This document shows positions 20,877-31,311 of a stretch of 64,000 bases of DNA, one piece after another. How positions within the stretch are numbered: position 1 is the stretch's first letter; each line of letters opens with the position of its first letter. A model generated the notes under the pieces. It saw only the letters and a program-made list of their open reading frames with translations, had not been told where the DNA came from and did not search any database. Source of the stretch: Nitrosopumilus sp. (GTDB lineage: Archaea > Thermoproteota > Nitrososphaeria > Nitrososphaerales > Nitrosopumilaceae). The position numbers and the translations under genes are program-made. The DNA lies in the NCBI GenBank assembly GCA_965205215.1, contig OZ242041.1:768001-832000 (forward strand), written 5' to 3'.

Positions 20877-21728
20877 ATGAGCCGCAAACCAAAGAGAACC
20901 GTCGTGGGGATCACGGCGGTGGGCCCCGACAAGGAAGGGGTGGTCGCCGCGTTTACCAACTTTGCATTCAGGCAGGACGGCAACGTCGAGAAGATAAACC
21001 AGAACGTCATCAAGGGGCTATTCGGGATGCACATGGAGGTCTCGTTTGCAAGGGAGGTTGACACGGGACGGCTTGACAGGGAGATACAGCGCCTTGCCTC
21101 CGAGCAGAACATGGAGGTCTCGGTGCACCACGAGACAAACTCGGAGAAGAACATAGCCGTGATGGTCACAAGGGAGCCGCTCTGCCTCGAGGCCATAATC
21201 GCGGGGCGCAGCTCCCTCGCGGGCCGCATATCCGTGGTGATCGGCACGGAGAGGACGCTTGCCCCCGTCGCGAGGCGCGCGCACATACCGTTCGTGCTGA
21301 TTCAGGAGAGAAACCAGTCAAAGGCCGAGGAGCGCATCCTGCGCGCGTGCAAGAAATACGACATCGACGTGATTGCGCTGGCGCGGTACATGCGCATACT
21401 GACCCCGAACTTTGTGTGGAGATATCCCAACCGCATCATCAACATACACCCGTCGCTGCTCCCGGCGTTCCCCGGGGCGTCGGCGTACGAGCAGGCCCAC
21501 GAGCGCGGCACCAAGATAGTGGGGGTGACGGCCCACTACGTCTCCGAGGACCTGGACCAGGGGCCCATAATATTCCAGGACTCCTTTGAGGCGGATCCCG
21601 ACTACACGCTTGCGGAGATAAAGCAGAGGGGGCAGCGGCTGGAGGCGGCGCTGCTTTTCAAGGCCCTGAAGATGCACCTTGCAGGCAGGCTCGAGGTCAG
21701 GTGGCGCAAGGTGCACGTGCGGAGGTGA
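20877..21728 (+). CDS. purU: formyltetrahydrofolate deformylase
   Basis: N-terminal ACT domain (GPDKEGVVA), LARYMRIL, INIHPSLLPAF, DLDQGPII. Confidence 0.92.
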   Translation: MSRKPKRTVVGITAVGPDKEGVVAAFTNFAFRQDGNVEKINQNVIKGLFGMHMEVSFAREVDTGRLDREIQRLASEQNMEVSVHHETNSEKNIAVMVTREPLCLEAIIAGRSSLAGRISVVIGTERTLAPVARRAHIPFVLIQERNQSKAEERILRACKKYDIDVIALARYMRILTPNFVWRYPNRIINIHPSLLPAFPGASAYEQAHERGTKIVGVTAHYVSEDLDQGPIIFQDSFEADPDYTLAEIKQRGQRLEAALLFKALKMHLAGRLEVRWRKVHVRR

Positions 21729-21760
21729 CGCCCGTGGGTGCGCGCCGTGAAGCCTGGGGG

Positions 21761-22564
21761 ATGACCGATCCGGACATCCGGACATCCGTGCGCGGCGGCA
21801 TCCGTGACGCTGCGACGGCGGCGGCAACGGCAACAGCAGCGGCAACGGACGAGGATAAGACATCAGTGGCAGCCGCAGCAACAGCGGTAATACCCGTCGG
21901 CTCGCTTGAGCAGCACGGGCCCCACCTGCCGGTCTCTACTGACTCTGTCATCGCGTCGGAGGTGTCCCGCATGGTGGCCGAGCAGAACGGCTACCTGCTG
22001 ATGCCGGTTATCGCGTACGGCGTGTCGTACGAACATGCGCCACTCTTCAATGCCAGCACGAGACCGGACTCGCTGTCCCAGATGATATCGGACCTGTGCG
22101 GGTCGCTGTACGAGAGCGGCATCTGTAATATAATCATAATAAACGGGCACCACGGGAACATGGAGGCGCTTGGCAGGCTTGAGCGCCTGGTGAAGGGATC
22201 GACTGGCAGCGGCGGCGGGCCCGCAGTCCGGGTGTTCCACTACTGGCGCCACATGCAGCGGCAGCAGGAGCTTGGCCACGCCGGGTTTGCGGAGACCTCC
22301 ATGATGCTGGCAATATCTGCCGGTTCGGTGAGGATGGACCTGGCGCAGAAAGGGCTGGTAACGGACGGGATGCCGCCGGAGCGGGTCCGGGAGATCTCCG
22401 AGCTTGCAAAGCGGTCGTTCCCGGAGGCGACCGGCAACGGCGTCTGGGGGGATCCGGCCGGCGCGACGGCGGAGGCCGGGCGCCGACTCCTAGTCGAGTC
22501 GGCCGACGGCATAAGCGGGGAGTGCGCGGAATGGCTCGGCGGGCGCGCGGCGCAGGCGGGATGA
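21761..22564 (+). CDS. creatininase / creatinine amidohydrolase family protein
   Basis: GSLEQHGPHLP.TD, SYEH, NGHHGN, GHAGFAETS, GVWGDP. Confidence 0.9.
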   Translation: MTDPDIRTSVRGGIRDAATAAATATAAATDEDKTSVAAAATAVIPVGSLEQHGPHLPVSTDSVIASEVSRMVAEQNGYLLMPVIAYGVSYEHAPLFNASTRPDSLSQMISDLCGSLYESGICNIIIINGHHGNMEALGRLERLVKGSTGSGGGPAVRVFHYWRHMQRQQELGHAGFAETSMMLAISAGSVRMDLAQKGLVTDGMPPERVREISELAKRSFPEATGNGVWGDPAGATAEAGRRLLVESADGISGECAEWLGGRAAQAG

Positions 22565-22780
22565 TTCACGGCGTGCGGACTGGATGACGGGACGATGACA
22601 GCCGGTTCCATCCGGCGCCTGCATCCGGCACGCGGATCATGCCGCCTGACGCCTCGGACTGCGCGCGGCACGTGCCGGGCGCAAAGGCGGCCGTCGTGGC
22701 GGCTGCCTGCCCTCATATATGTATAGATTAGGGGACCGTCGGGCGGGGCTCTGCGATCGTCTTGGCGGGTTTGAGGCAGG

Positions 22781-24229
22781 GTGCCGCGTTCATGCTTTGC
22801 GGCGCGTGATCTGGGCTGCGCCCGCTCACTCACAAATGTTATTAACCGGTTGGATGACGGTACAACAGTGTACGTGCACGATCTTTCAGACACACCACGG
22901 GCAAGGCTGGCGCGCGGCCCAAAGGCCGCCCCTGTCCCGCATGCCACAGGCAAGCTGCTGATCGCAGCGGTGGTAGCCGTGGCAGCCTTGGTTGCCGTCG
23001 GCATGTCAGAGACGGCGATGGCGCAGACCCCCGAGAAGATAAAGATCGGCGTGCTCTCGGCATCCCTGCCCATCTTTGAGGAAGGCCCCAACCTGGCAAT
23101 GGAGATGGCCCGGGATGCTTGGAATGAGGAGTCCTCAGCTCACTTCAACGCAGAGCTGGAGCTGAAGTTTATTGACATCAAGGGGAACTTTTCGGATCCG
23201 GCCCATGGGGCATATGTGGCACAGCAGCTTGGCGCCGCCGCCCAGGACGGCTACAAGCACTTTATCGCCCCGTCCGACGATCTGGCCCTTGCAGTAGTCC
23301 AACATGTCGTAAACAGCATACCAACCCTGTCAAATACAATACTCATATCGCCCGCGTCTCAGTCCACCGTGCCGCCCTCCCTGGCTGCGGACGACAATCT
23401 CTTCAGGCTGGCGCCCAACGTTGCGACGCAGGGCGAGCGTCTCTTGGAGCAGTTTGACAGGCAGGGCGTCGGGAGCGTGATCATAGTCACCGATGCGGCG
23501 TTCGAGTCGTTCGTAGAGCAGGGCTTATTCCCAGACGACTTTCACGATCACTACCAGCCTGATGCAATTCCAATATATGGTCCCACCGACATAGCGAATA
23601 ACATCGCGTCGCTGACCCAACTGAACAACGATCTAGCCGCGCTGATTGACCAGTACGGCAGTGATCGGATAGGGGTATTCGCTGCCATGCAGCCGCCCGC
23701 CTTCGTTACCATGGCCCACGTCCTTGCGGCCAACCCGCAGCTGGACGTCATAGACGACGTAAAGTGGTTTGGCTACAATTATCTCGGACACTCTCCCTTC
23801 CTTACGGGCGACCCGACTGCCGCCATGCTTGCCGATCGCGTGGACATGAACGTCATTGTATTCGAGATTGCGCGCACCGACGTCAACGCCCCGCTCGCAG
23901 AACTGCCGACGTTCAGCCCCGGCTTTAGAAACTTCAACTTTGCCTCGTACGATGCAGTCCACCTCTTGGCCGATGTCCTTGCAATCGGCGGCGTTGACAG
24001 TGACAGTGACGCCCTAAAGGCCGTCGTATTTGAAATAGCCAACGACAACTTGGATCCGGTGCCCCACGAGAACAGAATCCTGGGCGAGGGGGCGATGGGC
24101 GACTACATGCTGGATCCGGCGACAGGTGACCTGACTGAAACCAGGATGTACGTCGTATACCACGTGACCGAGGTCGCCGACGGCGTCTACGACTGGGTGG
24201 CGCTGGCTTCGCCCAACGTGTGCCGCTGA
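22781..24229 (+). CDS. divergent secreted periplasmic-binding-protein type I (ABC SBP-like)
   Basis: signal peptide (KLLIAAVV...TAMA), IKIGVL, ISPAS...LFRLAPN, ASYDAVHLLA; true start probably about 22870. Confidence 0.75.
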   Translation: MPRSCFAARDLGCARSLTNVINRLDDGTTVYVHDLSDTPRARLARGPKAAPVPHATGKLLIAAVVAVAALVAVGMSETAMAQTPEKIKIGVLSASLPIFEEGPNLAMEMARDAWNEESSAHFNAELELKFIDIKGNFSDPAHGAYVAQQLGAAAQDGYKHFIAPSDDLALAVVQHVVNSIPTLSNTILISPASQSTVPPSLAADDNLFRLAPNVATQGERLLEQFDRQGVGSVIIVTDAAFESFVEQGLFPDDFHDHYQPDAIPIYGPTDIANNIASLTQLNNDLAALIDQYGSDRIGVFAAMQPPAFVTMAHVLAANPQLDVIDDVKWFGYNYLGHSPFLTGDPTAAMLADRVDMNVIVFEIARTDVNAPLAELPTFSPGFRNFNFASYDAVHLLADVLAIGGVDSDSDALKAVVFEIANDNLDPVPHENRILGEGAMGDYMLDPATGDLTETRMYVVYHVTEVADGVYDWVALASPNVCR

Positions 24230-24952
24230 TCACGGCGTGCCGGGGTTTCTTATTTGCAGGACGTGCCTGTCTGTTACTGGCAATGAACAAGCCTCTCCGC
24301 TTGCTCGCTTCGCGGGCAGGGCCAAGGCCGTGCTCGCAATCGTGATTGTCGTTGCTGTGGCGGGATCCAGTCCCGTCCCTGTCTCCGGCCGGCGGCGACT
24401 CTGCCGAGATGGCGGTGGCGGCGGCAAAGCTCAGGCGGACGGATCGGGCGCAGCTTGCGGGCATTTACACGGCCGGCCAGAGGGGATGCCATCTGGACAC
24501 CGGCATGGCAGCCGTCACAGGGCCGTTCGGCTTTGAGGGCGCGCCCGTTGGGGACGCGGTTGCGGGCGCCGACGGGCTTGCCAATCGCGCAGTCCGGCGG
24601 TGCCGACGCGCGCCCCGGCGGTCACATGCCGGCAGAGCCCGCCTGCGGCGATGGCGCTAAGGGAGTCCGGAATCGCGAGCCGCGGAACCGGGAAAGATGC
24701 TCGGGGCGCCCGGCGACGAGTCGGAGTTCATGATAGGGAGCATGCCGGCCAGCCGGGGCATGGACCATGGCAGCGACGTGACTATATCTCCCATGGGGTT
24801 TGGCACACCTCTGCTGCCGGACGTAGCCGTACGAGCTCCTGCTGAATTACGGAATCATTGACTGGGCCCGACGTAGGCGAGTCGTACACGACGGAATTTC
24901 TAGACTCGCGCCGCGCACGGCACGGATGATATACGGCGGTTGTCGGCGCCGC

Positions 24953-26329
24953 CTACCTGCGATAGTCCACAATCTCGCCCGTGGCCGCGTCGTATCGGGC
25001 CGCGGGCGCCCACTTGCCGTCTGCAACTATCAGAAATTCATAGTCCGTGACGTCCAGGTCCCCCGCCTCGTTGAACATGACGTTCCCCAGAGCGCCGGTG
25101 CGCCCGGTGACGGTATCTGGAAGCTGTTCCATGATGTCCTGCACGTCAGGACCCGCCGCCTCAATTGCGAGGCCCAGCGCCCACAGGCTGTCATACGACG
25201 CGTAGATGTAGTTGTTGTTGGGGGTGGTGCCCGACCGCCTCTCAAACTCGTCCCTGACGTCCCTGAACACCTCATTGTCCGACGCCGAGAACTGCAGTGC
25301 CATTAGCCCGGTGCCCTCTGCAAACTTGGCCGCGCGCTCGTCGTCCACGATGGTGTGCGCCCCCGTGACCCCCTCAGAGCCGATCCACGGTATGCTTCGC
25401 AGGTTCTCGTACTCGACCGCGGCGTTGAACAGGTGCGACGCCTCGTCGAAACTGATGAGAAGGATGCCTACCTCGCCGCGCTCGTACGTGTCGTATAGCT
25501 GGGCCACCAGACTCGAGAGAGCGTGCATCTCCGAGGAGAACGTGGTTATCTCCGGGTTGTAGCGTATGCCTTCTGCCACGATGCCGCCCCTGTCCTCAAA
25601 CGCGGCCGCCGCCGTCTCAAACAGCCCGTCGCCCCATATGTCGCCGCGGTATACGGCTACTACGGCCTTGATGCCGCGGTCTTCTAGCAGCGCCGCTATC
25701 ACGGTGCCCTGCTTGCTGTCGTCGGGAACAAACCTGAATATGTTGTCGCCCGGGATTGCCAGCTTGGGCGATGTGGACGAGGGCGATATCAGCAGCATGT
25801 TGTTGGAGTTCACGTACGCCATGATGTTGCGGATCTCCGCGCTCGACGACGGCCCTAGTATGTACTTTATCCCCTTGGCGTCAAGCGACTGTACCTTTTC
25901 AAGGGCGGTGATCGGGTTGGTCTGTGTGTCTTCTGAAACAAGCCTCATGCGCCAGTCCGCCCCCTTGTCCTGCAGGTACTCATTGAAGTGATCCACTGCC
26001 ATGTCCAGACCGTACTTTGTGTCTATTCCATAGCTTGCCAGATCTCCGGTTACTGGGATCAATACTCCGACATCTATCATCCTTGTGTCTGATGACGCCG
26101 CGCTACTGTCTACGTCGGTGCCACCGTCACTCTCACCAGCATCCTCGCCTGCCGTCTCGTTGACATCGCCGGGCACCCCTGCATTTTCTGGCACCGTCGT
26201 GGCGGCATCCTCCGGCTGCATGCCGGCGTCCATGTCTGCGGGCCCGTCGGTTGGGGCCGAAACGGCCGTAGCTGCAATCCCTATTGCGATTGCGGCCCCG
26301 ATGATGCCATATATTGCGGCCTTATTCAA
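24953..26329 (-). CDS. Liv-type ABC substrate-binding protein, single domain (paralog of 10947..15758)
   Basis: same N-terminal anchor YGIIGAAIAI and a domain clearly homologous to the tandem unit. Confidence 0.9.
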   Translation of the reverse strand: MNKAAIYGIIGAAIAIGIAATAVSAPTDGPADMDAGMQPEDAATTVPENAGVPGDVNETAGEDAGESDGGTDVDSSAASSDTRMIDVGVLIPVTGDLASYGIDTKYGLDMAVDHFNEYLQDKGADWRMRLVSEDTQTNPITALEKVQSLDAKGIKYILGPSSSAEIRNIMAYVNSNNMLLISPSSTSPKLAIPGDNIFRFVPDDSKQGTVIAALLEDRGIKAVVAVYRGDIWGDGLFETAAAAFEDRGGIVAEGIRYNPEITTFSSEMHALSSLVAQLYDTYERGEVGILLISFDEASHLFNAAVEYENLRSIPWIGSEGVTGAHTIVDDERAAKFAEGTGLMALQFSASDNEVFRDVRDEFERRSGTTPNNNYIYASYDSLWALGLAIEAAGPDVQDIMEQLPDTVTGRTGALGNVMFNEAGDLDVTDYEFLIVADGKWAPAARYDAATGEIVDYRR

Positions 26330-26734
26330 TACGGATCTCTACAAGCAATCTTCTATAAGTCTTTTTAACTGATCAATTATAAAAATGATACGCGTTCACA
26401 CGCACTCCTCCCGAGCGGGATACGCAAGATATTTGTCATATGCGGCAATGTCAGTGCTCGCAAACCCACAAGGATGCGGGGTGCCAAGGGGGAAGCCGAC
26501 GGTGACGTCGTACTGTAGTTTCTGCCTCCGCATACCCTGTAGCAAACCCCGTCGAGACACTGGCGCGAGATCAGGCGCGCGGTTGCGGGAAGGCGCTGAG
26601 GACGGACTTGAACAGGCGCAGGCTTCCATCATGCGGATGCTGCGCAACGGCGAGGCTGCCGCTGCCAAGCTGTTCCGGTATGTGCATACGCGCCAAGTAA
26701 CGGCAGGCGCAGGACGCCGCTCCCTGTGCTCCAT

Positions 26735-26807
26735 GATATTAATAAATCTGATAATTTTTAATAATAACTATGAAACATTCTGAAATACTTAATAATATAT
26801 AAATAGT
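26735..26807 (+). promoter_or_regulatory. AT-rich promoter region with TATA box for the small-ORF/FeoB-like operon
   Basis: TATATAAA about 25-30 nt before ATG 26828; three TTAATAA words upstream. Confidence 0.55.
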
Positions 26808-26827
26808 GCCGGGCCGATACCAGTAGC

Positions 26828-27079
26828 ATGACCAAGACATTCCAAGTAAATCTTGAAGTTGAAGAGATCGGCAGGGCGCAGGACCGGATGCATAAAGTTC
26901 CAAATGTCTACGCCGGCATGGGAAGGGTGTACGGCGTTAGCGTGTCTGGGAGCAGCATACCTTTCCAGGCCTGGCTTTCCAAAATGGATGACGCGACCTT
27001 TGGGGACAGGGGGCAGAGGATTGACTGGCATCACGCCATGAGCGGGATCCCTCAGATTAAGAACGCATCATGCGGCTAG
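26828..27079 (+). CDS. small hypothetical protein, first gene of the FeoB-like operon
   Basis: 83 aa, correctly spaced TATA box, 29 nt from the next gene. Confidence 0.55.
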   Translation: MTKTFQVNLEVEEIGRAQDRMHKVPNVYAGMGRVYGVSVSGSSIPFQAWLSKMDDATFGDRGQRIDWHHAMSGIPQIKNASCG

Positions 27080-27108
27080 TCCGCGCTCCCACCCTTTTAT
27101 GATCTGCA

Positions 27109-28746
27109 ATGAACGTTCCCAGATTCATAGTAATTGGCAAGGAGGGAGTTGGAAAATCACAGCTAATCTCGTCGCTTACAGGAAAGGATGCAGGGGGCAG
27201 CAACATCAGGGGCTCTACGATCTCAAGTGAATCCTACAGCGGCAACAGGTTCGACTTTGTAGACACGCCGGGAATAGTTTTTGACTCTGACAGTGAAACG
27301 ACAAGGACTGCAATCGCGTCAATGCAGGGGGACGATTCCATACTGCTTGTCGTCCGTGCCACAAGCATGGATGAGGATCTCGAGTACCTCTTTTCATTGG
27401 TCAAGGCCAAAAAGGGGGCGATAATAGTGACGAATTGGGACAGGGTGGCGAATTCAAAGAATGTTGCCATAATTGAGCAGCTGGAGCGGGATCTGGGGAT
27501 GCCCGTAATTGCCCTCGACGCGCGGAGGATCACAGAGTTTCAAAAGAGCAGGATCGGCAAGACGCTAGAGAACCCCTGCACCTTTTCAAACAAGACGTTC
27601 CACACCGGAATCTCACTCAGGCCCAAGTCGACGGTCCTTGAAAAGAGGCACATGGGGATCGTAATCGGGATGGCATCGCTGCTGGCCCCTTCTATACTGT
27701 CAGTTGCAGGGGCCAATTACTTTGCAGGCCTCGTCCACCCCATAGTGGCAGATCTCATGGCAGGGCCGGTGGAGCGCCTGGAGGCACTGCTGTTGCCGCC
27801 TTTGCTGACGTACATCCTTGTCGGGGAATACGGGCTCTTTTCCATGGGCCCGTTCCTCTTTGTCTGGGCAGCGCCGACAATTACCATATACTCGCTGCTG
27901 CTCGGTGTCTACAAGTCGACAGGGCTGCTGGACCGCACGTCATTGGCAATTCATCCGCTGGTAAGAAGGATCGGGGTGAGTGGAAGGGACGTGACCAGAA
28001 TAGTGATGGGTTTTGGCTGCAACGTGCCTGCTGTAATCAGCAGCAGGTCCTGTTCAGGTTGCTCTAGGGGCACGACCGTCTCGGCAATAAGCTTCGGCTC
28101 TGCGTGTTCGTATCAGTTTGGTGCGACCATCGCGGTCTTGGCCGCGTCCGGCATGCCGTGGCTGGTGGTTCCGTTCCTGATTTACCTGGCCGGAACCACC
28201 GTTGTCTACTCCCGGCTGGTCAGTACAAGGAAGAACCGCTCCAAGCTTGGCATGCCGGTGATTGACGGCCAGGTGTTCTTTGAGAGGCCCACGTTCAGCT
28301 CCACTTGGAGGGAGTCAAGGCAGAGCATAACGCAGTTCTTCAGGACGGCACTCCCGATCTTTTTTGCGATCACGTTTGTCGCATCCCTCCTGAACTGGAC
28401 GGGCGTCATAGCCCTTCTTGCAGGGGAGCTTGGCCTCATAATGAGCCTGTTCAACCTGCCGGGGGACTCGGCGCTTGCAATAATGTTCGGCTCCATCCGG
28501 AAGGACGGGCTGCTGCTTCTTGCCGAACCCGGCATGGCGGACTCGCTTTCGGCGCTGCAGGTACTGACGGGCGTCTACCTGGCCGGGACGCTGCTGCCGT
28601 GCATCGTGACTTTCCTGACCATAGTGCGCGAGATGTCGTGGAAATTTGCAGTCAGGATGGCGGCAAAACAGATCATTGCAGCCGTCGCGTTTACGCTGCT
28701 GCTGGCGCATTCTGACAAACTCTGGAATGCCTTTCTTCAGATTTGA
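27109..28746 (+). CDS. FeoB-like GTPase plus Gate-domain membrane transporter (short, Cys-rich variant)
   Basis: GKEGVGKS, DTPG, TNWD G-motifs; GFGCNVPA gate motif; SCSGCS...ACSYQ; LLPC; multiple TMs. Confidence 0.85.
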   Translation: MNVPRFIVIGKEGVGKSQLISSLTGKDAGGSNIRGSTISSESYSGNRFDFVDTPGIVFDSDSETTRTAIASMQGDDSILLVVRATSMDEDLEYLFSLVKAKKGAIIVTNWDRVANSKNVAIIEQLERDLGMPVIALDARRITEFQKSRIGKTLENPCTFSNKTFHTGISLRPKSTVLEKRHMGIVIGMASLLAPSILSVAGANYFAGLVHPIVADLMAGPVERLEALLLPPLLTYILVGEYGLFSMGPFLFVWAAPTITIYSLLLGVYKSTGLLDRTSLAIHPLVRRIGVSGRDVTRIVMGFGCNVPAVISSRSCSGCSRGTTVSAISFGSACSYQFGATIAVLAASGMPWLVVPFLIYLAGTTVVYSRLVSTRKNRSKLGMPVIDGQVFFERPTFSSTWRESRQSITQFFRTALPIFFAITFVASLLNWTGVIALLAGELGLIMSLFNLPGDSALAIMFGSIRKDGLLLLAEPGMADSLSALQVLTGVYLAGTLLPCIVTFLTIVREMSWKFAVRMAAKQIIAAVAFTLLLAHSDKLWNAFLQI

Positions 28747-28776
28747 CCAAAACGGTCCACGGCCGGTCCAGCCATG

Positions 28777-29454
28777 TCATGGCGTGGCCCCGGCCTGGGT
28801 TTTTAGGATTTTTGCAAACTCCTCAGACAGTTTGCGCCACGCCTCATCCATGCGCTGGACCGGATCGGATGCATACTCGCTCTGCAGTGACTTGCTGCGG
28901 TATGACTGTCCGCACGTGGCATGCACCCAGTTTTCATAGCTTTCCAGCCACCTCATGGATTTAACGAGCATCTGCAGCATCCGCAGCGCCTCCTCCGCAG
29001 TTTTTGGCATTGTGCGTCGCGGAAGCTGGTCACAGCTCCACGTGTTGGGCAGGAGCGAGCTGACCCTGACGAATTTCGGTTCAAACTCGTGGCGCCACAA
29101 GAACAATCCGTCGTTTTTTGCAGAAAACATCATTCCAAAACCCCACAAAAGTACCTGCCCGTTCTGTGTAATGAGCGAATACTGGCTGCTTCCCATGTCC
29201 GGGTTTGGGGGCCTCTGTCTTGTAAAGCCGTACCGCAGCAGCAGGTTGTCTCCGTGCCGTATGTCTTGTCCCATGCAGTACAGCTGCTTTGTAAACAGTT
29301 TTTTCCACTTCTTCTGAAGGCGCTTGGGGACGCGCATCGTGTGGATGTGGGCCGACTTTCCCATTGTAGATCTCTGCGCGGTCATTTCAGATCTGCAACA
29401 AGTCAGTCCTTGGGACATGCGTCTTGGCCCCTGCCTCAGGCACCCCGCAGTCAT
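28777..29454 (-). CDS. hypothetical protein
   Basis: 225-aa ORF with globular-looking core (YCMGQDI..NLLLRYGF.R.RPP..GSSQY..LWGFG..WLESYE.W); start probably internal. Confidence 0.65.
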   Translation of the reverse strand: MTAGCLRQGPRRMSQGLTCCRSEMTAQRSTMGKSAHIHTMRVPKRLQKKWKKLFTKQLYCMGQDIRHGDNLLLRYGFTRQRPPNPDMGSSQYSLITQNGQVLLWGFGMMFSAKNDGLFLWRHEFEPKFVRVSSLLPNTWSCDQLPRRTMPKTAEEALRMLQMLVKSMRWLESYENWVHATCGQSYRSKSLQSEYASDPVQRMDEAWRKLSEEFAKILKTQAGATP

Positions 29455-29705
29455 TTCGTCCTGCAGGCCTCGGCCCTTTCTGGCATCCGAGATGCTGCCA
29501 GGCCTGCCTCAGGGCCCCCATCTCCCGACACCCCGCGCCCGCCCCCGGCTCAGTAATGTCTGCATTCCTTCCAGCCTCGATGTTACAACCTTCATGCTCC
29601 CAATACCCCCATGGCGCCTCTGTTTATTAAAATTTTGAACAATATTAATATTTTTTGATAAAAAAAATCCAAACATTAATAACATTATTGCCCAGACCGC
29701 AACTA

Positions 29706-30797
29706 GTGTTTGAAACAGTCGTGGTGGGTGCAGGACCGTCGGGAATAGGCGTGTCAATAATACTGAAAAAGTTGGGGATCAACTTTACAGTCCTGGAACG
29801 CAATGCCGTCGGCAGTTCCTTTCTCAAATGGCCAAAGCAGATGAAGCTGCTGACTCCCTCGTTCTTTAGCAACACCTTCAAGATGATAGATCTCAACGCA
29901 ATAACATACGACACCTCGCCTGCACTGACGCTGCAGACGGAGCATCCCAGCGGGCAGGAGTATGCGACATACCTAAAGAACCTCTCAAAGCACTTCAAGC
30001 TGCCAATCCGGACCGGCATCAATGTAAATTCGGTGCTAAAGACAGAGGGTGGATTTGTCCTGGACACCGACAAGGGGAAGATAGAGACCATATTTCTAAT
30101 CTGGGCGGCGGGGGAGTTCCAATACCCGAGGGACAACTCGTTTCCGGGTGCAGAGTACTGCATACACAACAGCCTGATTACCAACTGGGACGAGGTTAAG
30201 GGTGACGATTTTTTTGTCATAGGCGGTTATGAAAGCGGCATGGATACTGCGATTAATCTTGCAGAGCGCAACAAGCGGGTCACGATAATCGACACGAAGA
30301 ACCTGCTTGACAGTGATGAAATAGATCCCAGTAGGATAATATCCCCGTACACAAAGGACAGGCTGAGAAGGGTCAACTCTGCCGAGACGATAAAAATATT
30401 CATCGGGCGCGTGACCCAGGTGGCAAAAAAGCACGACGAGTTTGTAATTTCGACGGGGAAAACAAAGATCCGGTCAAAGACAAGGCCGATCCTTGCCACC
30501 GGTTTTACGGGAGGCCTCTCGCTGATCAAGGAGATGTTCCACTGGGAAGAGGAAAAGGCACTGTTGAATTCCTATGACGAGTCCACAAAAACCCCGGGCC
30601 TCTATGTGACGGGGCCGTTGCTACAGCAGCACAACACGATCTTCTGCTTTATCTACAAGTTTCAGCAGAGGTTTGCCGTGATTGCAAACCACATTGGGAT
30701 GAGGTTGAGCAAGGACGTGTCCGTAATCAACGAATACAAGAAGGAAGGCATGTACCTTGAGGATCTCAAAAGCGTCAAGGACAAATGCCAGTGCTAA
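29706..30797 (+). CDS. NAD(P)/FAD-dependent oxidoreductase (flavin monooxygenase-like)
   Basis: VVGAGPSG, WAAGEFQYP, IGGYESG, ILATGF, FCFIYKF, C-terminal KCQC; probable GTG start. Confidence 0.88.
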   Translation: MFETVVVGAGPSGIGVSIILKKLGINFTVLERNAVGSSFLKWPKQMKLLTPSFFSNTFKMIDLNAITYDTSPALTLQTEHPSGQEYATYLKNLSKHFKLPIRTGINVNSVLKTEGGFVLDTDKGKIETIFLIWAAGEFQYPRDNSFPGAEYCIHNSLITNWDEVKGDDFFVIGGYESGMDTAINLAERNKRVTIIDTKNLLDSDEIDPSRIISPYTKDRLRRVNSAETIKIFIGRVTQVAKKHDEFVISTGKTKIRSKTRPILATGFTGGLSLIKEMFHWEEEKALLNSYDESTKTPGLYVTGPLLQQHNTIFCFIYKFQQRFAVIANHIGMRLSKDVSVINEYKKEGMYLEDLKSVKDKCQC

Positions 30798-31019
30798 AAC
30801 CAAGAACTACCGGCCGTCACATGGACGGTAAGCCGTCCCGCTGGAATCGCATACATTAGCGGGACACGATATGCAAGTCCGGCGTGGAACTTGTCATCCC
30901 GGGTCGCAATGCCCTGTTGTAGCGGGCTAATCCATTTGCATTCTGCCCGCACTGGGATCCCGGCGCCCGCTGCATGCGGCACAACCCGGAAACTGCTTCC
31001 TTGGACTATGAATAGAAAA

Positions 31020-31093
31020 TGGACCGGAAGGGATTTGAACCCTCGATCCGATGCATGCCATGCACCTATCCTACCGGACTAGACGACCGGCCC
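31020..31093 (-). tRNA. tRNA-Ala(GGC)
   Basis: GGGCCGG...GGTGC ATGGCAT GCATC...GGTTCAAATCC...CCGGTCCA; G3:U70; CCA not encoded. Confidence 0.92.
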
Positions 31094-31311
31094 ACGGTCA
31101 GCAAAACTGACCATTCTTGCCACTTTTTAATCAATTATTAACGTTAGCACCTTATGCGGCCCTCGTTCACCGCTATTGTCGTAACTGCCTGCTTGGTCCC
31201 CCTACATCAGCCCGTCAGCGTGGTGAGGGCATCTCTACGCGTGACAAACGTCCTTGGAAAAACCAAAGCCGCTGAATTTGTAAAAAGCTGCCGCCCTCTC
31301 CCGTTACTCTT

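Noticed and set aside
26385-26783. 132-aa ORF upstream of the FeoB-like operon
   Set aside because: No motifs, and it runs into the AT-rich promoter; probably non-coding or a remnant
26330-31020. att duplication or integrase for the island next to tRNA-Ala(GGC)
   Set aside because: Only an 8-bp match (GGACCGGA near 26881) was seen and no recombinase gene, so it is not called a mobile element
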